DNA of 64,000 nt, taken from assembly GCA_009914755.4 (NCBI GenBank), contig CP068257.2:23040001-23104000 (forward strand), in the 5' to 3' direction. A program made the translations under genes and the position numbers. This document shows positions 27,721 to 41,570 of the stretch, one piece after another. Positions within the stretch are counted from its first letter, which is position 1; each line of letters opens with the position of its first letter. This DNA is from the human T2T-CHM13v2.0 reference genome, Homo sapiens. Under the pieces are notes generated by a model that made no database searches, had not been told where the DNA came from, and saw only the letters and a list, made by a program, of their open reading frames with translations.

Positions 27721-29395
27721 AAAAAACTGAGGAAGAGAGACCCCGCCTTAATTCACTCTATAAAGCTAGCATCATTGTGATACCAAAACCTGGCAGGGAG
27801 GCAATGAAAAAGAAAAACTTCAAGCCAATATCTCTGAACACAGATACAAAAATTCTTAACAAAATATTAGCAAACTGAATCTAGCAGCACATCAAAAGTT
27901 AATTCCCCACAATCAAGTAGGCTTTATCCCTGGGATGCAAGGTTGGTTTCCACATATACAAACCAATAAATGTAATTCACCACATAAGCATAATTAAAAA
28001 CAAAAAAATGATCATCTCAATAGATGCAGAAAAAGCTTTTGATAAAACTGAATATTCTGTTATATTAAAAACTTCAACAAACTAGGCATCAAAGGAACAT
28101 ACCTCAAAATAATAAAATCTATTTATGACAGACTCACAGCCAACATCATACTCAATGGGCAAAAGCTGGAAGCATTCGTCTTGAGAACTGGAACAAAACA
28201 AGGCTGCCTACCATCACCAATCCTATTCGGTGTAGTACTGGAAGTCCTAGCCAGAGCAATTGGGCAAGACAAAGAAAGAAAAGGCGTCCAGATAAGAAAA
28301 GAAATAGTCAAACTATGTGTCTTCACTGACAATATTATTCTATAACTAGACAACCCTAAAGATTCTACCCAAATGTTCCTAGACTGATAAGCAACTTTAG
28401 TAAAGTTTTAGGATACAAAATCAATGTACAAAATCAGTAGCATTTCTATATACCAGTAACGTTCAAGTCGAGAGCCAAATCAAGAACGCAGTTCCATTTA
28501 CAGTAGCCAAAAAAGAATAAAATACTTAGGAATCTAGCTAACCAAGGAACTGAAAGATTTCTACAGAGAGAAATACAAAACAGTGCTAAAAGGAATGAGA
28601 GATGATACAAGCAAAAGGGAAGACATTCCATGCTTGGGGATAGGAAGAATCAAAATTGTTAAAATGGCCATACTGACCAAAGCAATTACAGATTCAGTGC
28701 TATTTCTAGCAAACTACCAACAAACTTTCCACAGATTTAGAAAAACTATTCTAAAATTCATATGAAACCTAAAAAGATTCCCAATAGCCCAAAGAGTCTT
28801 CAGCAAAAAGAACAAAGCCGGAGGCGTCACACTGTCTTTCTTCAAACTATACTGCAAGGCTGCTGTAACCAAAAGAGCATGATACAGGTAAAAAATAGAC
28901 ACATAGACCAATGGAACAGAACAGAGAACACAGAAATAAGGCCACTCACCTACAACCATTTGATCTTCGACAAGTCAACAAAATAAGCAGTAGAAAAAGG
29001 ACTCTCTAGTCAACAAATGGTGCTGGGATAACTGGCTAGCTGTATGTGAAAGAATGAAACTGGACCATTACCTATCATTATATATGAAAATTAACTCAGG
29101 ATAAATTAGTCACTTAAATGGTAGAACTCAAACTATAAAAATCCTAGAAGAAAACCTAAGAAATACCCTCCCTGATATCAGCCTTGGCAAATAATTTATG
29201 GCTAAGTCATCAAAAGCAAGTGCAACAAAAACAAAAATTGACAAACAGAACCTAATTAAACTAGAGGACTTTTGTCTAGCAAGAGAAACTATCAACAGAG
29301 TAAACAGATAACCTACAGAAAGGAAGAAAATATTCTCAAACTACACCTCCAATAAATGCTTAATTTTAAGGAAGGAAACATCCTAATATACATAT
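27721..29395 (+). mobile_element. Inverted 5' segment of the same L1: ORF2 reverse-transcriptase domain through about residue 1050
   Basis: Plus-strand translation gives ...[41 protein letters not shown]...[15 protein letters not shown]..., then ...[42 protein letters not shown]..., ending near ...[17 protein letters not shown]. The inverted and direct segments are adjacent in L1 coordinates. Confidence 0.9.
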
Positions 29396-30439
29396 CTTAG
29401 TTTTCAAATTTCTATTTTATTTAAATATGTTGTATTAGCTCTGCAATAAAATTACAAATAGTATTTCATCCTCTATTTTATCTGAAATCTCACATTTACA
29501 ACCAACCTCAAAGGCCCTGTTAAAATGTATCCTTTTAATTTATTTTCTTTTATTCCCATTGGATCTGCTGTGAAACACTATGCCTAAAACTATTTGGGAA
29601 GGGAAAAATGCAAGTAACAACTAACAAATGTATAGAATCTTTATTTTTGTGGTTAGGAAATTTTATTGCCAACTTAATGTTCATGATTCTTGTTTTATTG
29701 TCTGTTAACACACAGAAAGAGTCTTTAAAATGAGAATTTCTATTTTCATTGAAAATCAGTATTAACTGTACTTTGTACCATATCGTGGCAGTCTGTATTC
29801 AACTTACGAATGCTCTGCCTCCTGAGTGTGAGAGATAACAGGAATCCTACTGAGCTCATTATACTACTGGCCAGAGTGATTTGCTTATGGCCAAAGCAGA
29901 TAGATAAAGATATGCAATGCAAAGAATTGTCAGAAAGTCACACAATTAAATAGACTATTGTCATAATGTTATATATTACCAATGATTTTTGTTATAAATG
30001 TAATAATTACTTATTAAAACTATACTGATATACCTGTACACATATTTTTAAGTAATGAAAGCTTTACTCTCCCCACCACACAGACTTAAGAAAGAATTAC
30101 TGTTAAAAGTTTGTTGAATATTTGTACAAACTTTATTTAACTAGTCACCAAGAGAACTAGAGACATAGACATAGAATGACTAGGTAGTTTTAAGACATAT
30201 ACACAGCACACATTTAGGGTATGAATAAATCAACACTTCGGCCCATAACATGGACCAATTGGGGACAATTTTAGGCCATTGTTGCAAACACACACAAAAA
30301 TGAATCCCAGATAAATTAACAATTTTAAAGCAGTAACCATAATAATACAATAAAAAGTCAATAGCAGCTAACGTTTGTTTTCTTCTAGATAGTATTTTAT
30401 TGTATATGTATTAACTCATTTAATACAAACCCACTATGT

Positions 30440-30560
30440 TTTAAGTGCGATTATCTTGGTGCCATATTTAGTTGAGAAAACTAGGACATGTTAAGTAACT
30501 CGTCCAAGTTCATACAGCTTATAGAGGGTGAAAGCTGATTTAAGAATGATGACACCATAG
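30440..30560 (+). mobile_element. MIR SINE fragment
   Basis: The sequence gagaaaactaggacatgttaagtaactcgtccaagttcatacagcttatagagggtgaaagctgatttaag resembles the MIR core gaggaaactgaggcacagagaggttaagtaacttgcccaaggtcacacagctagtaagtggcagagctggg. Confidence 0.5.
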
Positions 30561-32972
30561 AAAATTTGGTTCCCCCAGTTTTTGGCCCAAGGAAGAGCTT
30601 CTGTGATGTCTTGCATTTCCCTTTTTGCAACATTCATAACACTTACAGATATTTTACTATATCAGGTCAGCACCTGTTGTACAGATGGTCCAAACTCTGA
30701 CACTCAGAACAATTTCTAACTTATTTTTGATCCCTAATAGTGAGTGACTGATTTTCTTAGTCCCCCCCAAAATTGGCTTTCTAAATTGCCAATCGAAATT
30801 TCAGCAGTATCTGTTGGGCTGTTTATGATTATTCTTATTTTTTACTTTAAATAATGTCTTCTTTTTCTCTCATTTTTTTTCATAGCAATATGATTTTTCT
30901 TCACATATGAATCAGGCTTAGGAATCTTACTAATAAAATATTTACTTCATGTTAAAACTACTTTCCTTTCTTAAAATCATTATTGTTCATTTTGATCCTT
31001 TTGGCTCTAATAACTTAAAAGTGTTCCCATCACATTTTTCGGTATGTGAGCAAACGTTAAATGACATAGTGGGGTCGGTATTTGCAGCCTGTGGACTACA
31101 CCTGTGTATTGTGAAGTCCACTGAATGGACTTCTGGAAGATTCCAAATCCTGCCTCACCATCCCTTAGCATAAACTTAGTGAGGTGGGGAGCTCTGGTGA
31201 TCCGAGGGAAGTCTTCATCCTTTAAGGAGCCGGCAGTTGGGAATGGAGATCATGTCGACTTCTTTTGCTTCCATAACAAAGCTAAAAGATTTGGGGCATG
31301 AGGGTGCATCCAATGTGGCATGTATTGCCAACTTCATAAATGCTGATTATTTCCCAACAGCATCCCAAGAGTTGATGTTCCAGTCATGTCATCTGGGGAG
31401 AGAACTCTGATGAAATTCCGGAAGTCCGTTGTGCTGTGCGTTCTCTTGTCCCTAATTCATCTCTTCATCAGCCTCTGCCAGTGAGATCTCTGGATAACTG
31501 TGCCTTAGAGCTACGGTTGCCTGTGGGAAACAGAAAAGGGTTATCATTAAAGGAGCATCTGTTAGAGGGGTGTTCTTGTTCTGTTTTTGTTTTCTCAGCT
31601 TCTCTATTTGGTGTCCATTCATCACAAGGCAAATTATATTAACTATGTGTTCTTATTTTCTGTATTCTTTATGATCTGGCATTTGGGAACATCAGACCCA
31701 CTATAGACGCAGGGAGAGACTGCCCCTTCCAGGGTTAGCTAATTCTTAAATACAGCAACTTGTGTAAAAGCATGCCTTTCATATGCAAGCCAACCACTCT
31801 CTTTATCTCACCCTCACACACTAAGCCAATATTCTTCTGCTCTAAATCATCCCAAGCCTAGGTATCAGACAACTAGGGACAGCCTCTATCCCCCGAAGCC
31901 CACCAGAATTACTGAATCTAACCAATCCTAACCCATGCACCTTGTCCTGTCCTGCCTTTTCCACAGGAATCCCAATACAGACTCTGACTAAGGCTTCCCT
32001 TTTACTCTTATCTTCTGTCTCTGGACCATCTTGTGTCCCTGTGAGGTCTGACATGTACCCTTCGTTTGTGAAATGTAAGCAATAAGTTCTTCTCTTAATG
32101 GAATTCGCCTCTTCATGTTGTCACTCAGTCATACTTCTATAAATTAAAACCTGGGTATAATTTTAGAACGGTTATATCTTGTGGCTTCCTCAAAACACTC
32201 TGGGGGATATATTTGTTTGTTTCTAGCAACATAATACAGTCCTTGGCATTCTCTTAATTTGGAATATTCAACATTGTGTTGTGGTTAATATTGCATCACA
32301 TTTTCCTGATATGATTGGGGCTGGACTGGCTTTTCCTAAAACTTGTTATCTAATAAAGACTGCTGTTTTGGAGGAGAGTTTATATACACTAAGTTTGTAA
32401 CTAATTCAAATACAATATGTCTGATGTCAAATTTTGTGCAGAAAACTACTTCCTTAGGGTGTCCCTGCCTGTCTCCAGGGTTGCAGCATATGTGAGTTCC
32501 ACATCTGGACATTCTTATACTGTCTTCTTGGAAGGAAACCCAGCCTCCCAGCCACTTCTCTCTTAACTGATCTCTCTCACTTCTCCCAATAAGTTAGTCT
32601 GGGCTTATCACCTCAATAGCCATCCCTGATGTGGAGAGCCTGGGCAGCAACTGCAAATATAACAATTACCAGACCTGACAGCAGTTAGCACGATAAAGTA
32701 CAAGTAGAGACTGGTACTAAACTGATGAAGGAGAAGCAAGATCGGGAGGAGACTTGTATGGGCCTGTGGTTCTCCAGGAAATATAGCTGGATTTAGTTAG
32801 TTTCAGGATGAAAGGAAACTGGTAGTCAAGGTGAGGAAAAAATTTAGGCTAAGATTAGAAATTTGAGCAAATTGGTGTTTAAGTTAATATTTTTAAATGA
32901 GTCTCATAACTTTGAGTTCCCTAATCCCTAGGATCGCAAAAATTTTTTGAAAGCATTAAATAGAATGGCTTG

Positions 32973-33291
32973 GGCTGGGCACGGGGGCTCACTGCTCTTT
33001 GGGAGCTCACAGCACTTTGGGAGGCCAAAGTGGGTGGATCTCTTGAGTCCAGGAGTTCTAGACCAGCCTGGGTAGCATGTTGAAACCATGTCTCTAAAAA
33101 AAATACCAAAAGTAGCTGAGTGTGGTGGCCTGTGCTTATAGTCCCAGCTACCAGGAAAACTGAGGTGGGAGGATCACCTGAGCCTGGGGTTGTAGAGATT
33201 ACAGTGACCACTGATGGTGCCACTGCACTCCTGCCTGGGTAAGAGACTGAGACCCTGTCAAAAAAAAAAAAAAAAGAAAGAAAGAAAAAAA

Positions 33292-33325
<34 letters not shown>
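32973..33325 (+). mobile_element. Older Alu (AluJ/S-like) with poly-A and (GA)n tail
   Basis: The body runs from ggctgggcacgggggctcactgctctttgggagctcacagcactttgggaggcc to ctgagaccctgtc, followed by a15 and a (ga)n array. The TSD is aatagaatggcttg at 32959-32972 and acagaatagcttgg at 33326-33339. Confidence 0.9.
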
Positions 33326-33326
<1 letters not shown>

Positions 33327-34663
33327 CAGAATAGCTTGGACTGTATTTTTAAATGTTAAGAAAGCACATTTTCCCTGTTTTATTGTCTCTGAAATTTATC
33401 ATCATTGAAGTGCCTACTGAGACTGCTAAATGCATATTTGATTGAGCAGCATTGAATTTAAAAATCAGGAAAAATCTCCCTTCACTAAGGAATATTTTGT
33501 TGTCTGAGCAAAGTCCATTTTGGTGTATCATTCTAATTTATTTTTTACCAAGTTTATTTTTGTTTCCTTTTGGTGTTAATTATGCTTCTGATCCATCCCT
33601 TTTATTTACATTTATATTTAAAATCAATGTTGTATATCATTTTAAATTGCATGTTTTACAACATCTGGTTTAATTACGCTTTCTCTCTTATTGCCATCTT
33701 TGCTGCAGCTGTTTCTCTCATTCACTGCTTGCTACCAGAAGTTTATTTTGCCTTATTTCTCAATTTCATTTTCATGATGTATGCAACATTTTTTTTTCAC
33801 ATTAGAGAAACTATTTTTTTCTGTATTTCATTTTTATAATAACAAATTAATCATGCCACAAGAAACACAGTGTTGACACAGACCCACAGGGAGAAACCAA
33901 CGGTGTGTGAACTCCACACAGAGAATAGCTTTGCATGCTCGGTTGCAGAGCATGAATTTGGTTGAGTTTCTTGCTTGCATGACATCTCCAGAGGCAGGAC
34001 TCAGGGAGCAGAAGGTTTAAAACTGTGAGCACAAGAGATAGTGAAAATCTTTCTCATCTAACACTTCCCAGAATCCCTAAAGGAGACCCATAATAACAGT
34101 GAGTAATACTTTTGAAACAGATAGACATAGAAGTTTCCATCTTTAGAGGAATAAATTTTTATTTTGCTGAGTTGGCAATCTAATGCTTAAGAAGAAGCAA
34201 AGAAGTCAAGGAGCAGGATATTATCTATTCCAGCTCCAATAAAATATAGTGTTTAAATCTTAATACAAAGTTCAGTTTTAAACCTATGAAAACTAATATG
34301 ATTTTGAGATATACATAGATCACATGAGCTACCGCTACACTGATACATCTAAAATTAAAATGTCATTAATTAAATAAGACACTGAGCAATACTTCCATAT
34401 TTTTAACTGTATGTGAGAAACCTATACAATAGAAGAACATTCATAAAATTGAAGCAATTGATTCTCAATGTCATTAGAACAGTTTAAAAGCAGTTTCATA
34501 TATATTAAACCACCAGATATCCATAACACTAAATAATTACTAACATACCCACTAAGTAAATGAGAAAGCTGAAATTCACAAAATATAATAGACCTGCTTC
34601 AGTTACAAATATATTAAAGAACAGAAGTGGGACTGGAATTTGAGTCTTTTAACTTCAATTTTA

Positions 34664-35023
<360 letters not shown>

Positions 35024-35191
35024 TCACCAGTCTAAGGTTCAGAAGATTGAAGTTCTAACTTCATTCACACTCTGCATTCACATCGTCATTCACAAGATGC
35101 TTCAAAAATGGAATGTTATTTTGCCTCTTTGCAATGTAGATCCAGAGATTTGGATGTAAAGTAAGGAATCTAGGGTTGCAAATATCTCAAC

Positions 35192-35226
35192 TTCTCTCTC
35201 TCTCTCTGTCTCTCTCTATATATATC
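35192..35226. repeat. (CT)n then (TA)n microsatellite
   Basis: Direct reading. Confidence 0.9.
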
Positions 35227-35814
35227 ACACACGGTATTGAGTTACGCATTAACATAAATAAGTTCTTCCAGTGTTTTCTTTTTAACAGTAATAGAAAATA
35301 ATCTAACAATATTAATATGTTGCAAAAAACTCCACAGGGCCATGAGGACCATATACTTTTAATATTTGTGGCAAGACAACAAATATTATAATTCTGTGAT
35401 AATCAAAACTTCAGAAATACATTTCACTTTACCTGCCATATAGATGAATAGATTAAACCATTTATTTTATTTCAGAAAATGGTAATTTCAAGAAGAGGGA
35501 AATATTTAAGTGGAGATAATGAAATGTTCAAACTGAAATGATATTTTATTCACTTATTTTATACCAACCCAGTAAGAGTTCAACCTTTAATAATAGCTAT
35601 TGTAGGAACAGAGTTCTCAAATGCATTTTCAGTTGGGATTATTTTGGTTAAAGTAATTTTTTTATATTCGACACTTTGTTTTGTTGCCATGGCTTTGTGC
35701 TGCTAGAGTTTTAACATGGATTTCAATATGAGAACAAAGCCTAGAGAAATATGGTTTTAATTGTCAGCTTATAGATAAAAAGGATGTTGAAGAAAAATAA
35801 AACTACTCTCCTAC

Positions 35815-35845
35815 TATATATATGTATATGTAGTATATATGTGTT

Positions 35846-35888
<43 letters not shown>
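35815..35888. repeat. (TA)n(TG)n microsatellite
   Basis: Direct reading shows tatatatgtatatgtagtatatatgtgtttatatatat followed by (gt)n. Confidence 0.95.
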
Positions 35889-37175
35889 TTGGATAGTTAG
35901 CGTATTAGAAACAATGCATCTATTTATTTTTACAAGTGTAGAAATCCAGTTAGAACAGCAAATCATTTCACTTTAGACAGTTTGAAATCCATTTTATCAT
36001 TTATATAGAACCATATTTTGAGGTTTATGTTTATGAATTCTGAAGATAAATAATTCCTCTTATAAAAGTAAGAAGGGGAGTAAAAGAAATTTATCATAAC
36101 ACAATATTCAAATAGAACTAGAAAAATCTTACTTGAATACCTACAGTAATTGTTAGGGTAATTCCTTCCCAAAAGAGCTATTAATCAAATACACAATGAC
36201 AAAATTAGTATTGCTTTAAAATTCCTTGGAAAATATTAAAATAAGTTTTTTATATCATAACCAGATGGCAAAATGTAAAAAGAAGTCCGATTTTTTTAAC
36301 TGAGTACAATTTCACTGAACTAAATCTATATTTCATTTTTATATGAATTACTGGGATGATGAACATTTTAACATTTTTAGGTATGAAAGTACTGAGAAAT
36401 CTTGGTAATAAATTCCATTAAAAATTTAGGGCAAGTTTAAAGGTACAATTTATAAAAACATCATATTCGATATTATGATTTTGTGGCTGTAGAGTAGAAA
36501 TGTGCCAAATGTTTATAAATAAAAATCAGATCATTTTACATTCTTTTAATATTTGACATGGGGTTATTAAAGGGTTCCATAGTTTTTAGTTCCCCTGGTT
36601 GCAAGTAGTCAAATGCTCTTGAATTAGAGCAGTTTTTATTAAAAACAAAAATTATCATATTGATGGCCTATTTTCTTTTTTGTTTCATTTTATTTATACT
36701 AAAAAAAATTCCGGTAGGTAGTGAACCGTAGGTCTGTTATATAGTCTCCTAGGACATTAACATTGACTAGGTGATAATATTCATGTTGATGTTTCTGAAA
36801 TAAAAGCAATATGATGGAGTGAAATTTACTAAACAGAGACAAATGTGTTAAAAACTGCCAGTGTCATAAATATGTTTTAGGGTTTATCATTTGCAGTCTT
36901 ACCTCTTTTTTTTTCACACAATTTCTCTGTTATTATTTTTAACTCTTCACCCTTATGCAAACATATTGTTTACAAATTATGTTCTAAACACAGGAGATAA
37001 TGAAGTTATTTTGTTTTTGTGTGATTTTTAGGGGCAGTAAGTAGAACTAATGCAGGAGAGACTTCAGGTAGGCCTAAACTCTGAACCTGGTAGGAATATA
37101 CAATATTCAAGAAATTGTCTTTGGGAGACAGACCTTCAGCTTAGCCATTTTAGCAGAGATAATACCTAAAAGCCA

Positions 37176-37520
37176 AGTGCTTTCATCCAAGCTGCTATAA
37201 CAAAATACCTTCTCCTGGGTAGTTTATAAACAACAGGAATCTATTTCTCACCATTCCGGGGACTCAAAAGTCTAAGAGCAAGGTGTAGGTACATTTGGTG
37301 CCTGGCAAAGACCCCCCTTCTTGCTGCATCTTTACGTGGTGGAAAGCAAACAAATTCCACTGGGTCTCTATTACAAGGGCACTAATCTCATTCATGAGGA
37401 CTCTGCCTTCATGACCTAATCACTTCCCAGAGGCCTCACCTCTTAATACTATCACATTGGGGATTAGGTTTCAACATAATTGTTTAAGGGGCATGCAAAC
37501 ATTCAGACCATTGCAAGCAG
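37176..37520 (-). mobile_element. MaLR LTR, MLT1-type, reverse orientation
   Basis: The sequence gctgctataacaaaatacc...gggtagtttataaacaacaggaatctatttctcacc...aagtctaagagcaaggtg...gtggaaagcaaac...ctctattacaagggcactaatctcattcatgaggactctgccttcatgacctaatcacttcccagaggcctcacctcttaatactatcacattggggattaggtttcaacat is the reverse complement of the same family seen at 9396, 38772 and 54711. Confidence 0.7.
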
Positions 37521-38623
37521 CATATGGAATGCGGCACCTGCACTGCGTTAGATGTAGGTGTTTTGGACTCTGATCTCTGATTAGAGCCTCCACAACTACT
37601 TTCGTATAATTCCCATTAGAAAATGATCTTGGCCTTCTGGTTGTGATGGTAGCTCAGAAAAGTTCCAGAAAGTATTATTAGTCATGAATCATTCAACAAC
37701 CTCAGGAAAGGTCCATTAATGAATCTGAATTGACTAGGACTAAAATCTTTATCCCCTTTACCTTGAGCTGATTGGAAGAATAAGAAACTATTTTTAATAA
37801 TTAATTGCTTTTGAGATACAGGACAGGCTTATTACAATGACACTGATGGTCCCTCATAGGACAGGCTTAGAATTTCATCAGTAAGTATGCTGTTAAAAAC
37901 ACACATGCTGAATTATTTTTCCAGACCAGTAGCGTGTGCATAATAGGCTGCATAGGAAATGGGTCTCCCTAACTAACTGCAGTCTCTGGAGCTAAGATTG
38001 TGTAGGAGTTGTGGATGGGGTTGGCCCATGATTGAAAAAACTGAGCAAGGGAACCCCCAAAGCCTTCATTGTGATGAGGGTCACCTCTTGAAATAGAATA
38101 AAATAAGAGTATAGCAATAGATCAAAAGCCAGATGATAGCAAATCAAAAGTTGGAGAGCTGTTGAGGATTACAGCATTCACCTGCTGGGAGTGAGGGAAA
38201 AGACAAAATGAACACGTTGCTAAAATTCTAGCTTACTAAACTTAATAAAAGGGAATGTCTTGAACCAAAATAACATGATAAGAAGTGCTCTTTAAGAGAT
38301 GTTGATGAGGATGAGCTTACTTTCTGAGCATATAAAATAGAACATTTTCCTCTAAGTCAGTCAGGATACCATAGTTAAACACATGCTGCATTCACATTGA
38401 GAATGTTGCGGAGAATTTAATATTCAGACTATTTACAATGTGTCGGAATGTTTAGAGAAGCCACAGAGAATAGTGCAGTATTTGGAGGAACGGAAGATGG
38501 GTTAGGGCAATATTCAGAAAACAGAAATAAAGATTGTCTTATTTTTTTTTTTGCCTGGCCTGAAGTTAATTGTCAGTACTAAGTACTAGGAGGAAGAAGA
38601 GACACAAAAAGATTCAAAAGTGG

Positions 38624-38675
38624 TATGTGTATGCATGCATGTGTGTATGTGCGTGTGTGCATGTGTGTGTGTGTT
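38624..38675. repeat. Imperfect (TG)n microsatellite
   Basis: Direct reading. Confidence 0.7.
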
Positions 38676-38771
38676 CCCTATGTCCTGGGGCAGAATTTAA
38701 AATATTATGCCTTTGCTATGATTTAAATGTTTTTCACCTCCAAAACTTATGCTGAAATTTAATTGCCATTG

Positions 38772-39114
38772 TTACAGTATTAAGAGGAAGGACCTTTAAG
38801 AGGTGATTAGGCCATGCATGAGGCACCCTCATGAATGGGTTAATGCAGTTATCATGGGACTGGATTCATTATAAAAGCAAAAGCTTGGACCACCTTTTTT
38901 CCTTCCCTCATTCTATCTTGCTCTTCCTCCACATGAGGACACAGCAATAAGGTATCATCTGGGAAGCAGAAAGCATCCCTCACCAGGCACCGAACCTGTT
39001 GACACCTTGGTTTTGGACTTCCAAGCCTCTAGAATCATGAAAAAGAAATTTGTATTATTTTTAAATTACCCAGACTCAAGTATTCTGTTATAGCAGCAAA
39101 AATAGATTAAGACA
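38772..39114 (+). mobile_element. MaLR LTR, MLT1-type
   Basis: Contains gaggtgattaggccatgcatgaggcaccctcatgaatggg...ccacatgaggacacagcaataaggtatcatctgggaagcagaaagcatccctcaccaggcaccgaacctgttgacaccttggttttggacttccaagcctctagaatcatgaaaaag...ttacccagactcaagtattctgttatagcagc...gacaa. Confidence 0.7.
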
Positions 39115-41463
39115 ACCCTCTTCCAAAAAAAAAAGCGTCTTAGAAATTAGCTGCTCCAGACCTTTTTTACATATAATTCTTATAGAAACACTTCATATAA
39201 ATTACAATTCTTAATATGTTTACTTAGGTCTGTTCTCAATAGCTGATTTTATTTTATTTTTTGCTCTTATCTCATATGTAAATTTTAACTCCTAAAGGAA
39301 GCATACAAAATATACTTGTTTGTGTGTCTGTGTGTGTGTCTGTGTTTGTGTGTGTGTTTGGGGGAATACAAAGTTTTGAAGTTCTAGATTTTTAACTTAC
39401 AGTATAAAGTGTATGGCTTACTCCTCAGAACATTCTTCTATATTTTAATTGACTGTTTAACTTGTATATTTCCTCAATATGAACACATTCTTTGTTATAT
39501 TTCCTGTGTGTCTCATAGTTCCTAGAATACATTTGTCTATGTTGAGATAATGAATGAATTAATCAAATAGACATTTATGAAGAAGATTGACCATGAGGAC
39601 AAATGTGTACATACTATCAAATAGCATGTGCGAATAAAATGGTAGATTTTAGATTAATCAGCATCATTTATCACTAAATTTACCAACATAGCTAAAGTTT
39701 AATTTTACCCAATTTTGTCAGACTCAGTTTATAAACAAGAAATTGGCATGCATTTTGTTGAATTATCTAAAGATTTATCTTTAACTCCTAGGCATCACCC
39801 CAGTACCAACAATATGAAATTTGAAGCTTTAGTTTTTTTAAACACTTTGTAATAAAATCTAAATTTCTCCTTTAAAAATTACTGACTTGGTTATATTTCC
39901 ACCCCAAAGTGCACACTTCCGTTTCAACCAGTGATTTATCTTTGTCACCTTTTAAAGTAAATATCCTTGCTTTGTGTCCTCTAATGATAACCAAGAAGCA
40001 GTAATATGTAAATAGCTATAGACATTATCTCAGGTGAAACAAATATGTGAAAGCTGTCATGCATGGACTTAACACAAAGGAACCTTATACACTACTCTAG
40101 GTAATTTTTCCTGCAGGACTAACAGAGAGACATAATGCAGGAAAATATCAGGAAAGAGGTTCAAGAACATTTTAGGGTGACCTCTTATCAACCAGTTCTT
40201 TACCATTTTATGAGAACACACTCCACTCTCATCTATAATAGAACAGCTATTATGGATTATAATTTGAATGTTTCTTTTGGAGTATAAATGAATTGATTCC
40301 TACTCTACTGAAATTGAATGTTGTTTTCCTCTTCTCATATGGTGAATGTACATACGCCGCAGTCAAAGAAGTCTGAAGAAAACATTTCAAGGTTTTAGTA
40401 CAGGTGACATTTGTCAATGGCCTGCTAGCTCTTCATCATATTTAGCAGTGGAGCCTGTTCATGATGTGGGTCACAAATGAGGAGAACTAAAACAGTGCAC
40501 TATGTGCAAGAATTCAGACCACAGGAAATCATGCCATCTGGAACTGCTAAATGGCCAGCAGAAACTTAACAGATAAGCAAGGAAATACCTTAAAGAAAAA
40601 CGAAAAAAAACCCCACAACCTTAGTATAATTACACTGTTCAAACAGTAAATAAGTATAAGGTGTAGGTTATGCCTGTGCTCATGATTAAGCAGTAGGTCA
40701 AGTTTCTAGAAAATATCTATGAGAAAAAAATTTGCCTCCCAAAACCTGAAGTCTTTAAGTCATTTTAATTATAACAAAATCTTATCCATATATATAGAAA
40801 GGTGATTATTATTGTGATAATTTCATTATTTTGACTTTAAGGATGTAATAATAAAAATTTTATGATTTGAATTGATTATGTATAAGTTATGAGCCACATA
40901 CTCTAGAGATATTTTCCCTAGGTTTTAAAACATCGTTGAAAGGTAGCTTTTATTGTCACCATATTACCAATGAGAATGTAGATCCAACAACTAGATCCAA
41001 AAGTTTGGAACTTGTTTCCAAAAGTTTGAGTTGTATCACAATACATCATACAATGTTCATTTTTCAATATCAGACATAAATATGCTCGTGTATATTTTTG
41101 TCTAAATTATGTTGTATTATTTGCTTCACAAGTTCTTGTTGCCATCTGGATCATTAACAGAAAACATAAGACAGTTGCACAAGTAAATTATAATAGTTTT
41201 GAATTGATTTGCAGATTCAGTGATATGCTTTGGGTCACCATGTAAAATAAGTCCGATGTCACCAACAAGCAAGAGAGAAATGGAACACTAAGCTGGAATT
41301 TTCACAGGAAATTATAATTATAATCTTAAAATAATCACTGAGTACTTTTCCCTGTTCTATTGAAATATATTTAACTCTAAATAAACAAACCAAACCGAAC
41401 GAGACAAGGGTAAATTTTGTGATACAGCTATACTACTTGATTTCCATTTGCTTATTTACTCCT

Positions 41464-41570
41464 TTATTTATTTTTTATTTTTATAGATGTAAGGGGTACA
41501 AGTGCAGTTTTCTTACATGGATATATTGCATACTGGCGAAGTCTGGGCTTTTAGTGTTGATTCCTATTTA
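41464..41570 (-). mobile_element. Very short 5'-truncated L1PB-type insertion (about 85 bp of 3' end plus T-rich tail)
   Basis: The sequence ggggtacaagtgcagttttcttacatggatatattgcatactggcgaagtctgggcttttagtg matches the reverse-complemented extreme 3' UTR of older L1PA/L1PB, which is seen in full at 58228. It is preceded by tttatttattttttattttta. Confidence 0.55.

Noticed and set aside
31040-31450. Weak minus-strand peptide resemblance to the C-terminal SAPNYC...ILKP region of PPP-family Ser/Thr phosphatases (...ATLDAPSCPKSFSFVMEAKEVDMISIPNCRLLKG)
   Set aside because: Only a handful of scattered identities with gaps and stops in all frames nearby. I cannot distinguish it from chance without tblastn. 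It is kept only as a generic GC-rich unknown block in the findings.
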